Positions 56,887-64,000 of a stretch of DNA of 64,000 nt are shown one piece after another. The notes beneath the pieces were generated by a model. It was not told the DNA's origin. It was given only the letters and a program-made list of their open reading frames with translations, and ran no database searches. How positions within the stretch are numbered: position 1 is the stretch's first letter; each line of letters starts with the position of its first letter. This DNA is from Candidatus Poribacteria bacterium (lineage in GTDB: Bacteria; Poribacteria; WGA-4E; WGA-3G), in the NCBI GenBank assembly GCA_965242965.1, contig OZ251518.1, forward strand, positions 128,001 through 192,000, given 5' to 3'. The translations under genes were made by a program, and so were the position numbers.

Positions 56887-57562
56887 TTAATCGATTTCGC
56901 CTGCCTGCTGCAAAGCATCATTAATAATAGCGTCTCCGAGATACATGCCGTTATCACGTAGTTGCATTAAAAGTGAGCGTGTTTCATATTTCGATGTGTT
57001 CAGTAGGAGAGACCTCGGGGCCCGATTCGATCTCCGGTAGGAGAGCCCTCCTGGTCTTGATTTTACCGTAGCGCGGGGGTCCTCGGATGCTATACGCGCA
57101 TCCGAGAGGGTTTCCCCCGCGTTGTGCATCGTCAAAAGGTGGCGTTTTAGGTCCTTTAGGTCCTACATGTCTATAGCAGCACGTGTCAGCCCGTTTTCAG
57201 GATTCTTCGCAGACGCGCCGGCTATAGACATTAAGGTCCTACGGACCTAAGAGACGTTTTTCCGCAGCGCGAGGCATGGCGAGGGAAACCCGCTCGCATG
57301 CGCGTGTGGCATCCGAGGGCCCTCGCCCTACGATGAAGGGGAGGCGGCCTCCACACCCGTAGCGCGGGGGCCTGTCCCCCGCGATCGTTGGGTAACCCGG
57401 AGCACGGCGAGGGACAGGCCCTCGCCCTACGATGAAGCGGGGGCTTTCAACTTCCTCAGGAATCAATACTTTTGTATAGAGTTCCCGTAACAGAGCGAGA
57501 TGGCCGAGTTGCCAGAGCGCGACAAGTGGGCTATTGTTGATAATTACTGGCTTTTCGGGCAT
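56887..57562 (-). pseudogene. DUF3368 (COG2405) PIN-type toxin, interrupted and internally deleted
   Basis: N-fragment MPEKPVIINNSPLVAL...IPEEV and C-fragment LLMQLRDNGMYLG...ALQQAGE separated by a REP mosaic. Confidence 0.75.
56975..57440. repeat. REP mosaic with left TIR inside the toxin pseudogene
   Basis: GAGCGTGTTTCATA at 56975; family A, B and D modules. Confidence 0.88.
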
Positions 57563-58943
57563 TTGCAACATCCTCTGCAAGTTCTTCTGCCGTCAGGCGA
57601 ATAATGGAGAGGCCATAATCCCCCATAACGAACATAAATTCGGAACGTGACATTCCAGCGAGTCGTGCCGAAAGCCCAGTGCTGAGCTCGCAGGTGTCAT
57701 AGGCTTTCAGTGCCAATTTCAGACGGAGCTCCCTTTGCTGTTTCCTAAAAGCGACATTTAACCGGCTATGCTCTGTGAGAGACGTGGTGCCTGTAAGTTG
57801 TGCCTGCAAGAGGCAGTGCAGTTCTTCGTCGGAGATACCATCGCCCTTGATAACCTCAAGTGCCTTTCCGGGGGTTAACATCGCGACGATGTGTTCCGGC
57901 ATTTGGGTGCCGACTCTTTTCTCAAAATCGGCGATGCTTTCGTATCGGGTATGAAACAACGCGCGGATGTCCACCCCTAGGAGTGCCGCGACAGTCCAGT
58001 CAGCTTTGACTTTCGTCCAATCTCCGACTTCACACCACGCGACACCACACTGCCCATACGCCACTCCTGCATCTGCATCCAGTTGAATCGCTCTGTGGAA
58101 ATCTTCGGTAGCCTTGTAAATCTCACCTTGGTTGAGGTAAGCACTACCCCGCTCGGTATAAACCGCCGCGAGTGCGGGATTTGAACCTAACCCAGGCTGA
58201 TAGTTTTGGAGGGTGTAAATTTCCTTGCCGCGCTGCCGATAAACGGTGTCACGCTGGTAATGCTCCCCGACATAATTCGGGGACAATTGAAGCACCCTCT
58301 GAGCGTCTTCAAGTGCCTGCTCATAGTTATCTTTGACGTAGTAGTGGTGACTGCGATGATAATATGCATCGGCATTATTGGGATTCAACTGAATCGCCTT
58401 GTTATAGTCTGCGCCTGCAAGGTGTGTATCCCCGCTCCGGCGATGAGCGAGCCCCCGGATGTAGTAAGCATCGGCATCATCGGGACATAAATGTATGGCC
58501 CTGTCGTAACTGGCGATGGCGAGTTTATGTGTCCCTTTCCGTGCGTAAGCGATGCCGCGATTGAGAAAGGCTTCGGCGAGCCCCCGGTTGCATCGTATCG
58601 CCGTGTTATATTGAGCCATGGCCTCGTCAATTTTGCCTCTCTGTCCGTGAGCAACACCGAGATTGACATACGCTCTAGCGTAACCGGGTTCAAGGCGTAT
58701 CGCCGTGTTAAAGTCTTCAAGTGCCTCGTCAAACTTGCGGATATTTTCGTAAGCCACCCCGCGGTTGTTATAGATTCTAGCGTCGCGCGGATTTGAGGCG
58801 ATTGCCCGCGAATATGCCGCTATCGCCTCTTGGGGTTTCCCTTCCATCATTAAGGCGTTTCCTTGTTCAAACGCCGCCGATTCAACAACGGAGAGGGAAG
58901 GTAACGCGCTTGTAGTCTGTATTTCAGTTGATGATATTCCCAT
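57531..58943 (-). CDS. TPR protein with C-terminal UPF0175 (COG2886) antitoxin-like domain
   Basis: About 8 TPRs (AY.NRG.AY); C-terminal LSTGLSARLAGMSRSEF...EELAED. Confidence 0.8.
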   Translation of the reverse strand: MGISSTEIQTTSALPSLSVVESAAFEQGNALMMEGKPQEAIAAYSRAIASNPRDARIYNNRGVAYENIRKFDEALEDFNTAIRLEPGYARAYVNLGVAHGQRGKIDEAMAQYNTAIRCNRGLAEAFLNRGIAYARKGTHKLAIASYDRAIHLCPDDADAYYIRGLAHRRSGDTHLAGADYNKAIQLNPNNADAYYHRSHHYYVKDNYEQALEDAQRVLQLSPNYVGEHYQRDTVYRQRGKEIYTLQNYQPGLGSNPALAAVYTERGSAYLNQGEIYKATEDFHRAIQLDADAGVAYGQCGVAWCEVGDWTKVKADWTVAALLGVDIRALFHTRYESIADFEKRVGTQMPEHIVAMLTPGKALEVIKGDGISDEELHCLLQAQLTGTTSLTEHSRLNVAFRKQQRELRLKLALKAYDTCELSTGLSARLAGMSRSEFMFVMGDYGLSIIRLTAEELAEDVANARKASNYQQ

Positions 58944-59011
58944 GATTTTCCTCGCTAATCATTAGGTGGGCGCGGGACAGGGTTCCCCTTGTCCCACGCG
59001 TAGTGCTACCA

Positions 59012-59620
59012 CTAAAGCGGCTTAACCTTAATATTCCGGCACCAGATCTTCCCACCGTGGTCTTGGATGCCGATATGTCCGCGACGCGGAAAATCTTTGA
59101 GCGCAATACCGAACTTATTCCGGCTGCCATCCGGATTCTGGTGCGGCGTATCCCATAAATCCAAATCCGCGCGCACGATTTCCTCGCCGTTGAGCTCCAC
59201 CGCTACGATGCTCTCATCACACGTAATGCACATCGTGTTCCATTCGCCTGCCGGTTTGCAGGTATTTCGCGTCGGCGCGAGAGCGTCGTAGAGCGCGCCG
59301 CAGTCGTGGTTACTCGTCGGCGACTTGCCGTGCGTGTCTAAAATCTGGATTTCAAGGCCCGACTGAACCGCATCCTCCAAATCTGCCCAACGCACGAAGA
59401 TGCCGCTGTTCACGTTCGGCTCGGTTTTGTAATCCAAAACCAAGACGAAATTGTCAAATTGCGCCTCCGTATAGAGGTATTTTCCGCCTTGCACGGTGCA
59501 GAGGATGCTGCCATCCTCAATCACCCAACCATTGACATCGCCGGTGGCTCCCCAACCGGTTAACGTCTCCCCATCAAATAGGGATATCCAGCCATCAGTT
59601 TGTTGTTTCGCTGTTGCCAT
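59012..59620 (-). CDS. DUF1080 (3-keto-disaccharide hydrolase) family protein
   Basis: WISLFDGETLTGW, NSGIF, EIQILD, GEWN, GHIGIQDHG. Confidence 0.9.
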   Translation of the reverse strand: MATAKQQTDGWISLFDGETLTGWGATGDVNGWVIEDGSILCTVQGGKYLYTEAQFDNFVLVLDYKTEPNVNSGIFVRWADLEDAVQSGLEIQILDTHGKSPTSNHDCGALYDALAPTRNTCKPAGEWNTMCITCDESIVAVELNGEEIVRADLDLWDTPHQNPDGSRNKFGIALKDFPRRGHIGIQDHGGKIWCRNIKVKPL

Positions 59621-59690
59621 TTTCTCTCCTTTTTGGTTTGGTGGCGGATCTAGTAGTCCGCCGTTACATTTCTGGTAGGCGCGGTTTTTC

Positions 59691-60809
59691 TCATGAAAGA
59701 CTCGCTAAAAAAAGCCGCCCCACATCAACGTTATCGTCAAAATCTGTTGCCGCCCAAGGGCTGTTATAGCCGATGACCGGCACGTAACTTTCGTGACGTG
59801 AACCGTGTGAACGGACAGAGACAGGTTCCTCCACCACGTCTAATTCGCCGAAGACGGTATCTTTATCCGCCAACACGAAGATGTCGCCGATGCGTTCACG
59901 ATGGAGCCGGAACTCTCGCGCAGCCTCTTCGGTGGGATAAACTTCTTCAACGCCGTGCGCTTGCAGGAGCATCTGCACAGCGCGCTCGGTATCCGAACGG
60001 TTTTCAAGGAAAATATAGGCGGCACCGCCTAAGTTACTGTGGTGTGCAACATACCGGTCTTTGATAATCGGGATGGCACTTGCAGGGACACCGTGTTGCG
60101 TCAACCATCGGCCCGGGTCTAGTGCCGTCGTCTTCGGCAACATCCCGTGGTCTGCCGTGATATAAATCTCGCGTTCTGGGTTATCATCAACGATGTCCCC
60201 AATGATGCTGTCCAGCACCGCGAGATGCAGCTGAGATAACTCAGCCTCCGGCGGGTAAGCGTGTTGCACCCAATCGGTTGTCGTGCAGTAAACCAGTTCT
60301 ACGTCGTGCTTTCGCAAGGTATGCCGCACTGCACGCAGCAGCCACCAATTGATTTCAACCGAGTAGATAGGTTCAACGGGGCCAGCGATTTCAATGAATT
60401 CCGGCGGTGGTGCTTCAGCGGCGACAGCGATATCCGCGCCTGCGCAGAGCATCCGCAACAACTTTTTCTTGGTGACAAAGAGCGCGGTTTTCTCGGCGAA
60501 CCCGGCGGCTTTGGCAACTTCAAACAGCGTTGGCGCGGACAGAAAACGTCCATCTGTGCATAAATCCTCAATAAACGTTCCGACACCGGTTTCCCTATCC
60601 ACGTAGTAATTCGTAGTGATGCCGTGTGTTTCTGGAAACGTTCCCGTCGCGATGCTAACGTTGTTGACGTTCGTCACGGATGGGATAACGGCATTAGCGT
60701 GCCGATAGAACCCGGCTTCCGCCAATTTTCGGATGTTAGGAATGTCGCTCGCCGCGAGGTAGTCGTGACTTCCTGCGTCAATGCAGAGAATGAGAATTTT
60801 CCGTTTCAT
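59691..60809 (-). CDS. phnA: Phosphonoacetate hydrolase-like alkaline phosphatase family protein
   Basis: PSVTNVNNVSIATG, TTDWVQH, TADHGM, RSHG. Confidence 0.75.
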   Translation of the reverse strand: MKRKILILCIDAGSHDYLAASDIPNIRKLAEAGFYRHANAVIPSVTNVNNVSIATGTFPETHGITTNYYVDRETGVGTFIEDLCTDGRFLSAPTLFEVAKAAGFAEKTALFVTKKKLLRMLCAGADIAVAAEAPPPEFIEIAGPVEPIYSVEINWWLLRAVRHTLRKHDVELVYCTTTDWVQHAYPPEAELSQLHLAVLDSIIGDIVDDNPEREIYITADHGMLPKTTALDPGRWLTQHGVPASAIPIIKDRYVAHHSNLGGAAYIFLENRSDTERAVQMLLQAHGVEEVYPTEEAAREFRLHRERIGDIFVLADKDTVFGELDVVEEPVSVRSHGSRHESYVPVIGYNSPWAATDFDDNVDVGRLFLASLS

Positions 60810-60872
60810 GCTGATGTGCTCCTGCTTGCAAGAAATTATAGCATATCCGCGGCGAAATTGCGAAAATAAATT

Positions 60873-61335
60873 GAGGGTGTTTCATAAGCGCGGGGGCCTG
60901 TCCCCCGCGAGCGTCCCGTAGGAGAGACCTCCCGGTCTCGATTCCTCTGCGAACGTCCGATGGCGCGCCGTAGGAGAATCAGACCTCCTCACCTCTGTAG
61001 GTCAGGAGTGCCTGATCCTGACCCGTTCGGGAGCAGGCGCTCCCGAACTACAGAGTTATGAAACACCGTCCCGATTACCGTAGCGCGGGGGCCTGTCCCC
61101 CGCGAGCGTCCCGTAGGAGAGACCTCCCGGTCTCGATTCCCCCGCGAACGTCCGATGGCGAACCGTAGGAGAGTCAGATCGCCTCACCTCTGTAGTTCAG
61201 GAGCGCCTGCTCCTGACCCGTTCGGGAGCAGGCGCTCCCGAACTACAGAGTTATGAAACACCGTCCGGTTCCCGTAGCGCGGGGGCCTGTCCCCCGCGAT
61301 CGTGGCACGGCGAGGGACAGGCCCTCGCCCTACGG
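60873..61335. repeat. Left TIR plus ~195-bp tandem duplication of REP modules, each unit ending in a right-TIR-like sequence
   Basis: Units start near 60887, 61082 and 61276; TTATGAAACACCGTC occurs twice. Confidence 0.88.
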
Positions 61336-61356
61336 TGAAAAGGGCCGTTCTTCGTC

Positions 61357-64000
61357 CTACGCGAGGAGAGGCGGCAACTCCCCGACCAACCGCACCGTCT
61401 CTTGACTCACATGCATCACCTGCCCGACCAACCGAACAATATATTGCGCATCCGAACCATTCGGATCGGAGACAATACCACTCCCATTCGGATCGGGTTT
61501 GACGCGATACCGATCGATGAGCCATTCTAATGCCGAACGCCTCCCCAAACGATAATCGAATACCTCTGGCGGGATATCCACTATCGTCAGAGATTCATTG
61601 TAACGGAGCTGCGTTTTGTCTTTGGATAATTCCATCTTCTCAACGCGCCAATTGAGCGGCGGGGTTTCGATGAGGTTTGGCATCACATCAAGGGTTTCAT
61701 AATTGACGTGCAAATCTGCCAAAGCGCGCCCGATGTCAACGAACCCCCAGAAATCCGGGGCGAAAGGAATATGCGGCAAGTCATGCTTGAGGTTGACCTG
61801 ATACGTCTCGCGATAATCAGGATGATGCAAAACAGCGTAATTGTAGTGGAAAATGTCCCACTTTGTGATGGTTTCGTCGGCGTAATGCGCGCGGAAGTTT
61901 TGCAATGCCCAGTTGGTGATGTTCTCTCGACGGTTCGTGCCATCCTCATCGTAGGTGTAGAAGGGGAAGCACTGATTCGCATCAAGAGTAATGATCGAAC
62001 TACTCGGAAGAACGTTTGCCATACAACACCAAAAAGGCGCGCGTCCGCCAACCCCAGGGACACAGATAACCCGATTCTCCTGTTCGGTTTCTGGTGTTGG
62101 AAAGATGGATGGCATCACATAGACGCACTCGTTCATCATCCGATCGAAGTAGAGGTGCGTTTTGGTGAACGGCCGGTAAAGGGCGCGGCGCACTTTTTCC
62201 GGCGAAAACTCGGCGAGATGGCCTTGGCGCAAACGGGACATGAGACTTCGCGTCCACTTAATCCGCGTTTTATCGGTATCCACAAAATCTTTGACGTTGA
62301 TGTCCCGGTCGCGCCGCCGATCCCATCTGACTACCTCGCTGTTGTAGTTGTCCATCATCCGCGTCATGTTTTCTGCCAACGTTTCCGGACTGAAATGGTA
62401 AACCCATGCGTCGCGGCTCGTGGAAACACCGACGCTGTAAGTTTTAAAAATCGTGCCTTCTGTCTCGCCTTTCGCCGCCTTTGCCGCTTTGGTGCCCATC
62501 GGGATGAACGTGTTAAAATCGGTTTCAAACCCTTCGGTGAGCCACATCTGGCGCGCATTCGGTTGAATCTCTCGCCACTTGACATTGCCGACGTGTGCGT
62601 TTTCTGTGAGAAATTGGAACGTGCGCTCTTTCGGCAGTGCCGCCGCTGCATCGCTATAGAGAATCCGTGCAGGCCCTTGCCGAGGTCCTTTTGTCTTCAC
62701 TAAGAGATTGATACTCACGCCGACGGTAATTCCGAACACATTGGCATCGCCCGGTTGGCCCTTGCGCATGTTGCCCCCGAGGTCCAAAATGTGGAGCACG
62801 TCAAATTCCTCGGCGAGACACTGCCGCAAGCCATCAAACATCCTGCCATCAATAAAACTGTTGTTCGTGACGAAAGCGATCATGCCTTCTGGTCCGATTT
62901 TATCCGATGCCCAGCGGAGAGATTTCACGTAGGGATCGTAAACTTTATTATTGAGTTGCGCGGTGGAGGCGGCGACGTAAGTGGCGCGCACACGGTTATC
63001 CACCGCCTCATGCGGCCGATTCTTGTTATTATCGTTCTCGTTCTGCTGACTCGCATTGTAGGGTGGATTCCCGATGATGACGAACATCGGTGTTTCCTTC
63101 TGCTCTTGAACGCGCATCGTGTTTTCCGGTGTGAAATAGGCGAATTCCCCGGTCTGGTTCGGCGCGTCCATGAGCCCGAAGGTATCGAACGTATCCACAA
63201 AACAGATATACTTGAACGGTTCATACCGTCCCATTTTCTCGTAATAGGCGTGTTCGATGTTCATCGTGGCGATGTAATAGGGCAAAAGCATTACCTCGTT
63301 GCAGTGCAACTCGCCCTTATATTTCTTGTCCAGCGCGATGCCGGGGATGTCCTGCATCAGGCGCACGATGAAGTTGCCGGTGCCGACGAAGGGATCGATG
63401 ATATGCACCCCGGTATCGGATAGTGACTTCCCGAAGTGGGTTTTCAGGAGATGTTGGACGCTGTTTACCATGAAGTCAACGATGGGCTGCGGTGTGTAGA
63501 CAACGCCGTGTCTATCGGCATCCTTGACAGAAAAGTCTTGGAAGAAGCGTTGATAAAGCGTGTTGAGAAACTCCTGCTTCTGCGAGAAGTCGGACAAGGT
63601 GCTGGCGGTTTTCTCAATGGCATCGTAAAAAGGTTTGAGTTCGCTGAAAAATTGTGAGCGGTTGAGTGCCTCCCGGGTCAGGACATCAATCACCTTCTCG
63701 ATCTCGCTAGCGATGACGTTTCGTCGCGTGAAATCGGGGTTATCAAAAACGGTGCGGAAGATGCGTTCCGTCATCAGGTGCTGCGCGAGCATCCGTTCAA
63801 CTTCTGTCTCGGCGAGGTTGGGATTGATTGCGTCTCTGCACTGCTGATGAAAATGCGCGAATGCCTCGCGGAATTCGGGGGTATTCTGGCGTTCGGTTTG
63901 GATGAGTGCCTCCAATTTCGCGCCGAGTTCGGGAATGGTATCTTGGAAGGTATTGACGGCGGCATCCCACTCGGCGAGATTCTCCTCGGTGTAGGCGAAG
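61357..64000 (-). CDS. Type ISP-like (LlaBIII family) restriction-modification enzyme, 5' partial
   Basis: GVVYTP, DPFVGTGNF, IGNPPY, LYRPF, RSALEWLIDRY; frame stays open to the window end. Confidence 0.9.
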   Translation of the reverse strand, partial: FAYTEENLAEWDAAVNTFQDTIPELGAKLEALIQTERQNTPEFREAFAHFHQQCRDAINPNLAETEVERMLAQHLMTERIFRTVFDNPDFTRRNVIASEIEKVIDVLTREALNRSQFFSELKPFYDAIEKTASTLSDFSQKQEFLNTLYQRFFQDFSVKDADRHGVVYTPQPIVDFMVNSVQHLLKTHFGKSLSDTGVHIIDPFVGTGNFIVRLMQDIPGIALDKKYKGELHCNEVMLLPYYIATMNIEHAYYEKMGRYEPFKYICFVDTFDTFGLMDAPNQTGEFAYFTPENTMRVQEQKETPMFVIIGNPPYNASQQNENDNNKNRPHEAVDNRVRATYVAASTAQLNNKVYDPYVKSLRWASDKIGPEGMIAFVTNNSFIDGRMFDGLRQCLAEEFDVLHILDLGGNMRKGQPGDANVFGITVGVSINLLVKTKGPRQGPARILYSDAAAALPKERTFQFLTENAHVGNVKWREIQPNARQMWLTEGFETDFNTFIPMGTKAAKAAKGETEGTIFKTYSVGVSTSRDAWVYHFSPETLAENMTRMMDNYNSEVVRWDRRRDRDINVKDFVDTDKTRIKWTRSLMSRLRQGHLAEFSPEKVRRALYRPFTKTHLYFDRMMNECVYVMPSIFPTPETEQENRVICVPGVGGRAPFWCCMANVLPSSSIITLDANQCFPFYTYDEDGTNRRENITNWALQNFRAHYADETITKWDIFHYNYAVLHHPDYRETYQVNLKHDLPHIPFAPDFWGFVDIGRALADLHVNYETLDVMPNLIETPPLNWRVEKMELSKDKTQLRYNESLTIVDIPPEVFDYRLGRRSALEWLIDRYRVKPDPNGSGIVSDPNGSDAQYIVRLVGQVMHVSQETVRLVGELPPLLA

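Noticed and set aside
58970-59000. Small hairpins at about 58971-58998 and 59643-59662
   Set aside because: Single short stems without clear U-tracts or further copies; too weak to call
61708-63423. Long plus-strand ORFs (331 and 222 aa) and similar antisense ORFs elsewhere
   Set aside because: They are shadows of well-supported opposite-strand genes

Overview
Bacterial, moderately GC-rich chromosomal window. The gene repertoire (a secreted protein ending in AVxPxGKLATTWGxLK, Gfo/Idh/MocA, PhyH, TPR and BNR proteins, many DNA methyltransferases) suggests Candidatus Poribacteria; this is an inference. Housekeeping genes are lepA, two lepB, selB, selC (tRNA-Sec), tRNA-Phe, tRNA-Thr, lipA, dapB, dapL, dsbD-like, glcD/glcE-like and an RND pump. 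They are interleaved with defence-type genes: three MTase-Mrr-like fusions, a type ISP-like enzyme, two ATPase+nuclease pairs, and a decaying PLD-helicase island with PRTase-DprA next to the tRNAs. There is also a candidate halogenase/radical-SAM/aryl-CoA-ligase biosynthetic operon. The most striking non-coding signal is that most long intergenic regions are mosaics of several GTAG-anchored REP hairpin families with compensatory stem changes. These mosaics are often packaged between GAGGGTGTTTCATAA terminal inverted repeats; three such elements have perfect 9-bp target-site duplications but different internal cargo. The same repeats also sit in frame inside a halogenase gene and interrupt one clear and one possible toxin gene. 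No transposase, integrase or CRISPR array is in the window. All product calls come from motif recognition, not database searches.
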